Of a stretch of DNA of 32,000 nt, positions 1-8,257 are shown piece after piece. This stretch comes from Candidatus Methylomirabilis limnetica (GTDB lineage: Bacteria; Methylomirabilota; Methylomirabilia; Methylomirabilales; Methylomirabilaceae). The translations under genes were made by a program, and so were the position numbers. The stretch's first letter is position 1. Every line of letters begins with the position of its first letter. The notes beneath the pieces were generated by a model. That model searched no databases and was not told where the DNA came from. It saw only the letters and a list, made by a program, of their open reading frames with translations. The stretch lies in contig NZ_NVQC01000028.1 of NCBI RefSeq assembly GCF_003044035.1, positions 64,168 through 96,167 on the forward strand, read 5' to 3'.

Positions 1-2740
1 GCGGTGGGAAGTCTTGGATCTCTATGGTCGGCTCCGAGAGGTCCGAGCTGATCGGCAGGCTTGGATCCTCCACGATGGCCCCCCCTACGCAAATGGCCAC
101 ATTCATATCGGCCATGCACTCAATAAGATATTGAAGGACATCGTCGTCAAGTCGAAGTCGATGTTCGGCTACGACACTGCCTTCGTCCCAGGATGGGATT
201 GCCACGGGCTCCCGATCGAACACCAGGTCGATAAAGACCTGGGTAGTAGGAAAGCGGAGGTGTCGCTGGTCGAGAAGCGGCAGCTCTGTCGGGAGTACGC
301 CGCCAGGTTCATCGATATTCAGCGGGAAGAGTTCAGGCGTCTCGGAGTGCTCGGCAACTGGTCAGACCCCTATCTCACCATGGATTACAAGTATGAGGCG
401 ACGATTGTCCGCGAGTTGGGGAGGTTGTTCGGCGCGGGGGTCGTCTACAAGGGGAAAAAGCCGGTTCACTGGTGCGCCTCTTGCCGGACCGCCTTGGCTG
501 AGGCCGAGGTCGAATACGGCGATCATGCCTCTCCGTCCATCTACGTCAAGTTTCCCCTCGACCCGGGCGCCGCGGAGCGTCTGCCGGTACTGCAGGGCGC
601 ACGATCGTTCGTCGTGATCTGGACCACGACACCATGGACGCTGCCGGCGAATCTGGCTATCGCCGTGCATCCGGATGCATCCTACGCGATCGTCGAAACG
701 TCCGGTGAGTTCTTCATCATCGCCAAAGATCGGCTACAAGAGACGCTTGCAGCCGCAGGAGTAACAGAGAGCCGGGTCGTCGAGGAGATGCCTGGCCGTG
801 CGCTGGAAGGGCTTATGGCCAGACACCCCTGGATTGACCGGGGCTCGAAGGTCGTGCTGGCCGATTACGTCACCATGGATCAGGGCACCGGGTGCGTACA
901 CACGGCTCCGGGGCACGGGGTAGAGGATTACGAGACCGGCATGAAGAACGGCCTCGACATCTATAACCCCGTAGACGCTGCCGGGAGATTCGTCGCGGAC
1001 CTGCCGCTTGTCGGAGGCCTGAGCGTATGGGCGGCCAACAGCACGATCGTTGCAGAGCTTCAGCGCCGAGGTCTCCTGCTATCGGAGGCGAAACTCTCGC
1101 ACTCCTATCCTCATTGCTGGCGGTGCAAGAAACCAACGATCTTCCGGGCGACGGAGCAGTGGTTCGTCTCCATGGACGCCGCGGTCCTGCCTGACGAGGG
1201 GGGCGGGCAGACCGGCCTCCGCGCCAAGGCCCTGGCGGAGATCAAGCAGGTCCAATGGATCCCCTCCTGGGGCGAGGAGAGAATCAGCAATATGGTCGCT
1301 TACCGCTCCGACTGGTGCATCTCGCGACAACGAGTCTGGGGGGTCCCGATCGTCGCCTTCTACTGCACCCATTGCGGCCACATCCTGGCGGACCAGCGAC
1401 TCGCAGAGCACGTCGCGACCATGATCGAACGCGGGGGAGCTGACATCTGGTACACGGCTGCGGCAGCGGACCTGCTTCCGCCCGGGACCGCCTGTCCCAA
1501 CTGTGAGAGGGCCGACTTCGAAAAGGAACGCGACATCCTGGATGTCTGGTTCGATTCCGGTGTGAGCCACGCGGCCGTCCTTGAGGTCCGGCCCGACCAA
1601 CGATGGCCCGCCGACATGTACCTCGAAGGGAGCGATCAGCATCGGGGGTGGTTCCATAGCTCGCTGCTCACCGCGGTCGGAACCCGGGGACGCGCACCAT
1701 ATCGTGCGGTTTTGACCCACGGCTTCGTGGTGGATGGTGCGGGGAAGAAGATGTCCAAGTCCCTCGGCAACGTCGTGGCCCCACAAGAGGTGATTGAACG
1801 GTATGGCGCCGAGATTCTTCGCCTCTGGGTGGCGGCCGAGGACTACCGCGACGATATCCGGATCTCTGAGGAGATCTTAAAGCGGCTGGCTGAAGGATAC
1901 CGACGAATCCGGAATACCTGTCGCTATCTGCTCGGCAACCTGTCCGACTTCCAGCCTGCTCACGATGCGCTGCCGCTCAACGAACTCGATGAGATCGATC
2001 GGTTCATCCTGCACCGGCTAGGGCGGCTCACCGAACGAATACGCCGGGCCTACGAGACCTGCGAGTTTCACCTCCTCTACCATAGCCTGCATAACTTCTG
2101 CGCAGTGGACCTGTCGGCTTTTTACCTGGATGTCCTGAAGGATCGGGTCTATACCTCCGCCCCCCGCTCCCGCGCCCGGCGCGCGGCCCAAACCTCGATG
2201 TATCAGATCCTTGACGCGCTCGTCAGACTCATGGCCCCGGTCCTCTCCTTCACCGCCGATGAGGTCTGGCAGGCGATGCCTAAGCAGGGCGGCGAGATGG
2301 AGAGCGTGCACCTTGCCGAATTCCCGCCCATCCGATCCAGTCTTCTGGACGAAGCCCTTGAAGCCCACTGGGAAGACTTGCTGTCAGTTCGGGATGATGT
2401 GCTGAAAGCCCTCGAAGCCGCTCGCAAAGCCAAGCTCATCGGGACATCACTGGAGGCACGCGTTGACCTCCTGGTAGAGCCCACCTTACTGCCAGTCCTC
2501 ACTCAGTACGAAGCCGATCTGCCGACGCTGTTCATCGTCTCGGCCGTGAGCGTAGGGAGCCTGGCAGAAACAGAGGCGGCCGGAAAAAGGGTTGAGGTGC
2601 GAGTAGGGCGAGCAGAGGGACAGAAGTGCGCCCGCTGCTGGACCTACAGCGAAAGCGTGGGCCGATCCATCCCTTATCCGGATGTCTGCGGCCGCTGCGC
2701 CGGCGTCCTGGAAGAAATAGGGTATGGGGACAGGGTATAG
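1..2740 (+). CDS. ileS: Isoleucyl-tRNA synthetase, 5' end outside window
   Basis: Frame is open to the window start. Class-I HIGH motif (PYANGHIHIGH), KMSKS (KKMSKS) and WCISRQRVWG are present, with C-terminal CARC...CGRC zinc knuckles. About 30 N-terminal codons appear to lie upstream. Confidence 0.95.
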   Translation, partial: RWEVLDLYGRLREVRADRQAWILHDGPPYANGHIHIGHALNKILKDIVVKSKSMFGYDTAFVPGWDCHGLPIEHQVDKDLGSRKAEVSLVEKRQLCREYAARFIDIQREEFRRLGVLGNWSDPYLTMDYKYEATIVRELGRLFGAGVVYKGKKPVHWCASCRTALAEAEVEYGDHASPSIYVKFPLDPGAAERLPVLQGARSFVVIWTTTPWTLPANLAIAVHPDASYAIVETSGEFFIIAKDRLQETLAAAGVTESRVVEEMPGRALEGLMARHPWIDRGSKVVLADYVTMDQGTGCVHTAPGHGVEDYETGMKNGLDIYNPVDAAGRFVADLPLVGGLSVWAANSTIVAELQRRGLLLSEAKLSHSYPHCWRCKKPTIFRATEQWFVSMDAAVLPDEGGGQTGLRAKALAEIKQVQWIPSWGEERISNMVAYRSDWCISRQRVWGVPIVAFYCTHCGHILADQRLAEHVATMIERGGADIWYTAAAADLLPPGTACPNCERADFEKERDILDVWFDSGVSHAAVLEVRPDQRWPADMYLEGSDQHRGWFHSSLLTAVGTRGRAPYRAVLTHGFVVDGAGKKMSKSLGNVVAPQEVIERYGAEILRLWVAAEDYRDDIRISEEILKRLAEGYRRIRNTCRYLLGNLSDFQPAHDALPLNELDEIDRFILHRLGRLTERIRRAYETCEFHLLYHSLHNFCAVDLSAFYLDVLKDRVYTSAPRSRARRAAQTSMYQILDALVRLMAPVLSFTADEVWQAMPKQGGEMESVHLAEFPPIRSSLLDEALEAHWEDLLSVRDDVLKALEAARKAKLIGTSLEARVDLLVEPTLLPVLTQYEADLPTLFIVSAVSVGSLAETEAAGKRVEVRVGRAEGQKCARCWTYSESVGRSIPYPDVCGRCAGVLEEIGYGDRV

Positions 2741-2800
2741 GGTAAATGACCAAGGATTTATGCACCTCGCACCCCCCACTCCGCATCCTAAATCCTCCCA

Positions 2801-2836
2801 CCCCCCCTTTGCAAAAGGGGGGCACGGGGGGATTTC
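2801..2836 (+). repeat. G/C hairpin repeat unit (CCCCCCTTT-GCA-AAAGGGGGG followed by CAC-GGGGGGATTTC)
   Basis: Perfect 9-bp stem read directly. The same architecture recurs at 27145-27175 (+) and 27216-27249 (-). Its translation gives the artefactual PPFAKGGHGG peptide of ORF 2724..3107. Confidence 0.65.
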
Positions 2837-2853
2837 GCACCACGCGCTAATCC

Positions 2854-3342
2854 ATGCGGTTCTATGCTGTCGCTCTGACGGTCATCCTGCTCGATCAGGC
2901 TTCAAAGCTGTTGATCCAGGCCACGATGCCACTCGGCCACAGCATCCCCATCATCTCCGATCTCTTCGCGATCGTCCATGTCATGAACCCAGGCGCGGCA
3001 TTCGGCCTCCTGGCCGATCAAGCTGCATGGGTTCGCAAACCTCTCTTCATTGGCGTCTCTCTCCTGGCCATCGGGTTCATCCTGTACCATCGCCATTGCA
3101 GGGTTGACGATCATCCGCTTACTATGCTCGGGTTGAGCCTGATCCTTGGGGGCGCTGTTGGCAACTTGGTGGATCGATTGAGAATCGGCATGGTCATCGA
3201 CTTCATCGATGTTCATTACTATCAGTACCACTGGCCTGCATTCAATGTCGCGGACTCCGCCATCACCGTCGGCGTGTCGCTCATGATGCTCACGTTGATC
3301 CTTGGAGAACGTCGGGAGCGAGATCGGGGGCGGGCCTCATGA
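2854..3342 (+). CDS. lspA: Lipoprotein signal peptidase (signal peptidase II)
   Basis: 162 aa multi-TM protein with NPGAAFG and FNVADSAITVG motifs. The ileS-lspA order is the classical one. Confidence 0.9.
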   Translation: MRFYAVALTVILLDQASKLLIQATMPLGHSIPIISDLFAIVHVMNPGAAFGLLADQAAWVRKPLFIGVSLLAIGFILYHRHCRVDDHPLTMLGLSLILGGAVGNLVDRLRIGMVIDFIDVHYYQYHWPAFNVADSAITVGVSLMMLTLILGERRERDRGRAS

Positions 3343-4415
3343 GCGGCGATGAGATTCGCGAACTCATAGCTGACGGCTCGGCCACCGACCTGCGCCTGGA
3401 CCGCTACCTCTCTACCGCGACAGGGCTCCCACGATCACAGATCCAGCGCCTCATCAAAGCCGACCGGGTGCTGGTCGATGGTCGCCACCCAAAGGCGAGC
3501 GCCACGGCTCACCCGGGCCAGCACATCAGCCTCTCTATCCCTCCGCCACAGCCGTCCACCCTCACACCCGAACCGATTCCCCTCGACATCCTGTACGAAG
3601 ATACTGACATTCTGGTCCTGAATAAGTCGGCTGGGCTTGTCGTGCACCCCGCCCCCGGGCATCAGACCGGGACGCTGGTCCACGCCATCCTGCATCACTG
3701 TCCGGATTTACCCGGGATCGGCGAGGAACGACGGCCAGGGATCGTTCACCGGCTCGACAAAGAGACCTCTGGGGTGATGGTCGTGGCTAAAACCGATACG
3801 GCCATGGCCTCGCTCGCCACACAATTTAAAGGACGTCGAGTGAAGAAGACCTACATCGCGCTGGTGCATGGCGAGGTCAAGCAGCCGGAGGGGAAAATCG
3901 AGGCCGACATCGGCCGTCACGAACGGGATCGAAAGCGGATGGCGGTGTGCACACGCAAAGGTCGGGAGGCGGTGACCATCTACCGGGTGATGAAGCGCCT
4001 CAATGGCTCCACACTGCTACAGCTCCAGCCACACACCGGCAGAACCCACCAGATCCGGGTCCACCTGTCCGCGATCGGACACCCGGTGGTGGGCGATAAG
4101 CTATATGGGGGACGAAGGGAAAGGAAATGGCGAATGGAGAGTGGAGAGTGGAGAGTGGAGGCGGAGCGACACCTCCTGCATGCCTGGAAACTCGGTCTGT
4201 TCCACCCGAGGACTGATGAGTGGATGGAGTTTGAAGCCCCGCTGCCGCTGGACTTCACAAGCTGGCTTCACGCAGAACCATCGACGGGAACCACCCCGCT
4301 CGGATCCCCTCCCGCCAGCGGTTCTTCCGGGCACCTCGCACCCCGCACTTCGCACCGTTCACGGTTTCTCCACCGTCACGATTCTGGTGGAGCCACACCG
4401 CAGGATCTTTCCTAG
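3339..4415 (+). CDS. rluD: RluA-family 23S rRNA pseudouridine synthase (RluD-like)
   Basis: S4-like N-terminus and catalytic HRLDKETSGVMVVAK motif. ATGA start/stop overlap with lspA. The last ~50 codons are a low-complexity P/S/G/R tail, and a heptamer array is embedded at 4124-4165. Confidence 0.85.
   Translation: MSGDEIRELIADGSATDLRLDRYLSTATGLPRSQIQRLIKADRVLVDGRHPKASATAHPGQHISLSIPPPQPSTLTPEPIPLDILYEDTDILVLNKSAGLVVHPAPGHQTGTLVHAILHHCPDLPGIGEERRPGIVHRLDKETSGVMVVAKTDTAMASLATQFKGRRVKKTYIALVHGEVKQPEGKIEADIGRHERDRKRMAVCTRKGREAVTIYRVMKRLNGSTLLQLQPHTGRTHQIRVHLSAIGHPVVGDKLYGGRRERKWRMESGEWRVEAERHLLHAWKLGLFHPRTDEWMEFEAPLPLDFTSWLHAEPSTGTTPLGSPPASGSSGHLAPRTSHRSRFLHRHDSGGATPQDLS
4124..4165 (+). repeat. 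Six phased heptamers (GAAATGG CGAATGG AGAGTGG x3 AGGCGGA) inside rluD
   Basis: Read directly. Three units are perfect and three degenerate. The array encodes KWRMESGEWRVEAE. Confidence 0.8.
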
Positions 4416-4928
4416 TGACAGGTCGAGTGCCATCACGCGAAGGTCCGCACTCCAATAGCACTCGGGGTCCTTGCAAGGACAAGGCCTGACAACTAAGCCA
4501 TTGATCGTCGGTTCTATAGGGGCGGAATGTTCAGTAAAAGCCCCAACCGCTGCCGCGTAGTCGGCGCGATTGGCGGCGCACCATAACTGCTAGTCCCCGT
4601 TCGAATCGATACAGGCTCAGCTAAAGAGACACCGCGATTCGAGCCAACGGCCAGTGACGTTCTCGGCCTTCCGACTGACTACAACATCCTTAGTCCATCG
4701 AGAGGCGAGACAATTTGCTCGCGGTTTGAAGGTTCACTACGAGCGGCGGGTTGTCACTTACTCACCTGCCAACCGCTGCAACATGGCGACTTTCCCCTAT
4801 CAGGCAGAGAAGAACTCCGGCGGTGTAGCAGTTTTATTGGAGAGGTACCCCAACCTTCAGCTTGCTGAGGCGTTTCTACGACGATTTTATGAGATTGCGT
4901 GATCCTGAAGCTGCATCTACTGGAACAA

Positions 4929-5021
4929 CTAGGCCATGAACGAAAGTACCATAGCAACCGTCACGAAGAGCAACAAACCACCAGCCGCAATCCACAGCAA
5001 TATTGTATCGCCACCATCCAT
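4929..5021 (-). CDS. Small hydrophobic protein, 30 aa (MDGGDTILLWIAAGGLLLFVTVAMVLSFMA)
   Basis: ATG start with AAGGGGGA 5 nt upstream. Tandem paralog of 5038..5127, with mostly synonymous or conservative differences. One predicted TM helix. Below the ORF-track size cutoff. Confidence 0.5.
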   Translation of the reverse strand: MDGGDTILLWIAAGGLLLFVTVAMVLSFMA

Positions 5022-5037
5022 TGAAGTCCCCCTTAGT

Positions 5038-5127
5038 TTAGATAAACGAAATCACCATAGCAACCGTCACGAAGGTCAACAAGCCACCAGCCGCAAGCCA
5101 CAACAGTATCGTATCACCTCGATCCAC
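5038..5127 (-). CDS. Small hydrophobic protein, 29 aa (VDRGDTILLWLAAGGLLTFVTVAMVISFI, GTG start)
   Basis: GTG start with AAAGGGGG 6 nt upstream. Stops 16 nt before the SD/ATG of the downstream paralog. Confidence 0.45.
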   Translation of the reverse strand: MDRGDTILLWLAAGGLLTFVTVAMVISFI

Positions 5128-5201
5128 TGAAGCCCCCTTTATTTTACTGGTTAGTGATTACCCCGGTCATTCCACAACATCCACCGCCAGATGTGTTTCG
5201 G

Positions 5202-5230
5202 ATTGTATCCTACAGAGGTCAACCTTGCAA
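5202..5230 (-). promoter_or_regulatory. Sigma70-like promoter TTGCAA-N17-TACAAT for the mini-ORF pair
   Basis: The hexamers and the 17-nt spacer were counted on the minus strand, about 70 nt upstream of the GTG at 5127. Confidence 0.35.
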
Positions 5231-5907
5231 CTATCTATGAAGAACCGGTCTCGTAACGAGTATAGCAACGACGGAGCCACCCTACCAGCGTAGTATAACA
5301 TCCCGCAGTTCAGAAACCTAACGAAAGCTTTGCCGCATCGGCCCACACCATTCTTCCCGGAACCCGTAAGGACGGCAGCTCGCAACCCCGCTTTTTTTGC
5401 TGCCATGAGCCTTTGTTCCATGCAGATCAATCTTAGGTAGATCTTCTCTGTGTGCCTGATTGGAGCCGACGGCCAACGCCAACGTAGAAGTCGATATGTC
5501 CTTCGATTAAGAGCAGTCCGGAACTCTACTCTCTGACATGCAAACTTCGTGAAGAAAGTTAACTGAGGTAGAACCTATTGTCAAGACAAAAATGCAGTAT
5601 CTGGACAGGGCGATGTGACGTCCCATCCACGCTCTCTCGTTCGCCTAACAAGGGCTCTCTGGCGTGGTTGACGAACGCCTCAAAGACCGCGCCAGGGAAG
5701 GGGGGTTCCTCGCACCTTTTGGGGTGGTTTACTGGCCCGAGCAGGCGCACCGGGAGCAATGGAAAGAAGGAATCCCCTGAGCACCGCTGACTAGAACTCC
5801 TCGGAATGGGCATCAGTGAGCCGGCGAGTATGCCAATGTCAATATAGGGATCGCTCGTACCACTCGCCGCAGAAAACGGGTACTATTTTAGAGTGGTTAC
5901 TCACCCA

Positions 5908-5936
5908 TTGACACGATACCCGGAGAGAGTTATATC
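5908..5936 (+). promoter_or_regulatory. Sigma70-like promoter TTGACA-N17-TATATC upstream of the usp gene
   Basis: Consensus -35 and near-consensus -10 with 17-nt spacing. It would give a ~115-nt leader. Confidence 0.35.
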
Positions 5937-6056
5937 TTGAACATGCCCCAAGATGCTCAGCGTAAGAGGCGCACCAGGGGTCGTCTGGACGGTCTCCACA
6001 ATGTCAGCGTAGCGGATAGCAACATAACCCTGCTTGACGCGAGGAGGTATCGTGCC

Positions 6057-6527
6057 ATGTTGCCAAAATATCAGAAACTGCTGGTGACTACAGATCTCTC
6101 ACCCCTCGGAAACACCGCAGTCCTCCATGCCTATGCTATCCTGGCAGAGCGTGGCGGCACTGTCATCCTTTGGTGTGCGGTTGACGTGTCAGGGATTCCG
6201 GACCCGCTCTACGCTCAGCCCACGCCTGGGGAGACGCTCGCTGAGGAGCGGACGGAGATCCGGGAAAAGCTGTTCTCCTCACTGGAAGCACTTGTGCCTG
6301 AGGAGGTTCGTGCAGAGGGAAAGGTGACCACGAAGATACGGGTAGTGGAGGTCTCCGGACCGATCCATGATACGATATGCCAAGAGGCTGCAGCTCAGGA
6401 GGTGGACCTCATCGTGATGGCATCCCATGGCTATTCCGGGATGAAGCACCTGCTCCTGGGCTCAGTGGCAGAGCATGTGGTGCGGTCAGCCGATCGCCCC
6501 GTTCTCATTATCCGCGGCCGAGAGTGA
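6057..6527 (+). CDS. Universal stress protein (UspA family)
   Basis: KLLVTTDLSPLG ... DLIVMASHGYSGMKHLLLGSVAEHVVRSADRPVLIIR. ATG at 6057 is preceded by GAGGAGG. The ORF-track start at 5937 is a TTG and gives an implausible extension. Confidence 0.85.
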   Translation: MLPKYQKLLVTTDLSPLGNTAVLHAYAILAERGGTVILWCAVDVSGIPDPLYAQPTPGETLAEERTEIREKLFSSLEALVPEEVRAEGKVTTKIRVVEVSGPIHDTICQEAAAQEVDLIVMASHGYSGMKHLLLGSVAEHVVRSADRPVLIIRGRE

Positions 6528-6554
6528 GGACTCTCACCGCTCACTTCGCTCGTC

Positions 6555-6929
6555 ATGGCGCGACGGTGGATGATGGACTGCGAATTGCTGACGCCGAAGA
6601 TTGAGTCGCTGGACAAATCAGATATGGATACTCGTGGGGCGCAAGAGCCATTCGAGGAACCGGTGATCCTACCCACCGAGGATATCCTCGATCTGCACGC
6701 CTTCGCGCCCAAGGAGATCCCGTCGGTAGTCGAGGAGTACATCGAACAGTGCAGGGAGGCGAAGATGTCAGAAGTTCGGCTGATCTATGGGAAAGGGACG
6801 GGGACGCAGCGGGCGATTGTCCAGCGCCTGATGGCGAGCCACCCAGGCGTCATCTCCTTCACCGACGCCCCACCCGAGGCGGGGGGATGGGGAGCAACGA
6901 TCGTCCGGTTGAGACCATCGGAAATCTAG
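6555..6929 (+). CDS. Stand-alone Smr (small MutS-related) domain protein
   Basis: LDLHAF...VRLIYGKGTGTQRAIV...PPEAGGWGATIVRL matches the Smr pattern DLHG...IHGKG.G.L...GG.GAT.V.L. The start is uncertain (6555, 6570 or 6624). Confidence 0.8.
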   Translation: MARRWMMDCELLTPKIESLDKSDMDTRGAQEPFEEPVILPTEDILDLHAFAPKEIPSVVEEYIEQCREAKMSEVRLIYGKGTGTQRAIVQRLMASHPGVISFTDAPPEAGGWGATIVRLRPSEI

Positions 6930-7633
6930 CGGAGGCCCTGGCAGAAGCGCACAAAGAAGGTCTGGGCCAGTCGGTTGAGCGTATCAATCCGGACCGGAAG
7001 CTGATCAAGGATCGCATCAGGCCGGATATAGTCCTTGACCCAGTCAAGCTCCTGCGTGAAAGTCCTGACCCAGTCAGAGACCATCGATGCCGTCACCTCG
7101 AGGTGAAACAGTAGGCCATAGACATTCCGGCCAATCGAGAAGGCCTGACACTCATAGAGTGCCGAACCGGCCAGGTTGACTGCCCTGGACGGCGCATCGA
7201 AATACTCGCCGTGCCACTCGAACACCTCAATCGACTCGGGGAACCCGCCGAACAGCCGATCGTGCTGCGCCGCCGTGGTGAGCCGGACCGGGTACCAGCC
7301 GATCTCCTTGCGCGGCCCCTGCCGGATCGCCCCGCCGGCCGCCTTTGCGATAAGCTGCGAGCCGAGACAGATGCCCAATGTGGGAACATCGAGCGCCAGC
7401 GCCTCTTTCAGGAGTCGATCCTCCGTCCTCAACCAGGGGTAATCAGCTTCGTCGTTGACACTCATCGGCCCGCCCATGACCAGGAGCCCGGAATACGGTG
7501 ACAAGCCTTCCGGTACCCGATCGCCCTCATACAGCCTTACCGTCTCCACTGGGCGATTCTGCTTCTCAAGCAGGTCAAGGAAGATGCCCGGGGTCTCGCA
7601 TCCGACGTGCTGGAGGACCAAGAGTGGTTTCAT
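6926..7633 (-). CDS. Class-I glutamine amidotransferase (GMP synthase N-domain-like)
   Basis: LLVMGGPMSVND and the nucleophile elbow LGICLGSQL. The stop codon overlaps the smr stop in a shared CTAG. Confidence 0.85.
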   Translation of the reverse strand: MKPLLVLQHVGCETPGIFLDLLEKQNRPVETVRLYEGDRVPEGLSPYSGLLVMGGPMSVNDEADYPWLRTEDRLLKEALALDVPTLGICLGSQLIAKAAGGAIRQGPRKEIGWYPVRLTTAAQHDRLFGGFPESIEVFEWHGEYFDAPSRAVNLAGSALYECQAFSIGRNVYGLLFHLEVTASMVSDWVRTFTQELDWVKDYIRPDAILDQLPVRIDTLNRLAQTFFVRFCQGLR

Positions 7634-7722
7634 CGCAACGGCAGGTAGGGCTTAACGCTTCGGCTTCAAGCTCTTTAACGGTGGTGGGCATGCACCGCTC
7701 TCCATGCCTTTGTTGGGCGCAC

Positions 7723-8157
7723 CTAGGTCCGCCATGGGTGCTCCGGAAGATCGGAAAGCCCAACGATCTCAACCCCCGCCTTTGCAACAAGATGATCGTT
7801 CTCAACCGAACTGCCGCTCACTCCAATCGCTCCGATAAGAATGCCTTCTGTATTCACAATGGGAAGCCCTCCAGGAAATGTAATTAATCCTTCATTGGAG
7901 TGCTCAATCCCAAACAGCGGACCAGCGGGCTGAGAGAGCTTGCCGATCTGGCCCGTGGGCATCCCGAAGAAACAGGCAGTCTTAGCCTTCTTGATAGCAA
8001 TGTCGATACTTCCCACCCAAGCATCATTCATCCGAGCAAAAGCTTTTAAATTAGCCCCGGAGTCCACCACTGCGATACACATCTGGGTGCCGACTTCCTC
8101 AGCTTTTTTTATGGCAGCCTCAACGGCTTGCTGCGCTTCTTCAAATGTCACATGCAT
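7723..8157 (-). CDS. glcG: GlcG/HbpS-like heme-binding protein (DUF336)
   Basis: 144 aa with [17 protein letters not shown]-type and [20 protein letters not shown] motifs. AAGGAGAAG SD. Confidence 0.8.
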   Translation of the reverse strand: MHVTFEEAQQAVEAAIKKAEEVGTQMCIAVVDSGANLKAFARMNDAWVGSIDIAIKKAKTACFFGMPTGQIGKLSQPAGPLFGIEHSNEGLITFPGGLPIVNTEGILIGAIGVSGSSVENDHLVAKAGVEIVGLSDLPEHPWRT

Positions 8158-8257
8158 TGTCTTCTCCTTCTGTTAGGGCCTCATAAAAGGCGAGGCGTCC
8201 ATGGTCTTGCTCAAAACTACAACTCCCCCCGTCTATTGCATGCAGCTTGGGTCATCC

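Noticed and set aside
1079-1786. Long antisense or alternative-frame ORFs inside well-supported genes. Examples: 1079..1786 -, 8477..9256 +, 10162..10956 -, 14296..14991 -, 16346..16828 +, 17764..18285 +, 22583..23197 +, 24239..25132 +, 25301..26332 +.
   Set aside because: These are shadow ORFs of the kind usual in high-GC DNA. They have Arg/Pro/Gly/Ala-rich, motif-free translations and fully overlap genes that carry clear family signatures on the other strand or frame.
4585-4610. tRNA/tmRNA-like GTTCGAATC T-loop motif (TCCCCGTTCGAATCGATAC).
   Set aside because: The flanking bases cannot form a T-stem, and no acceptor stem or CCA context is present. No other tRNA-like cloverleaf was found in the window.
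4654-4902. 82-aa plus-strand ORF and 5167..5430 minus-strand 87-aa ORF in the ORF-poor gap.
   Set aside because: They have no SD, use a GTG or context-poor start, and show no recognisable motif and atypical composition. The evidence is insufficient to call them genes.
4936-5130. 64-aa plus-strand ORF with an internally repeated peptide.
   Set aside because: It is the antisense strand of the two tandem hydrophobic mini-ORFs. The substitution pattern between the two repeat units is synonymous-biased only in the minus-strand frame.
5937-6056. N-terminal extensions offered by the ORF track. Examples: usp from 5937 (TTG), NMO from 10985 (TTG), purU from 23488, cytochrome c from 13728, MutS paralog from 22539 (TTG), manC from 17314 (TTG).
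   Set aside because: The extensions use rare starts without SD and add non-homologous, R/G/S-rich sequence. Internal ATGs with GGAGG-type SD sites give family-typical lengths.
6926-6929. Convergent smr and amidotransferase genes share overlapping stop codons in a single CTAG.
   Set aside because: This is real but trivial gene packing. There is no evidence of functional significance.
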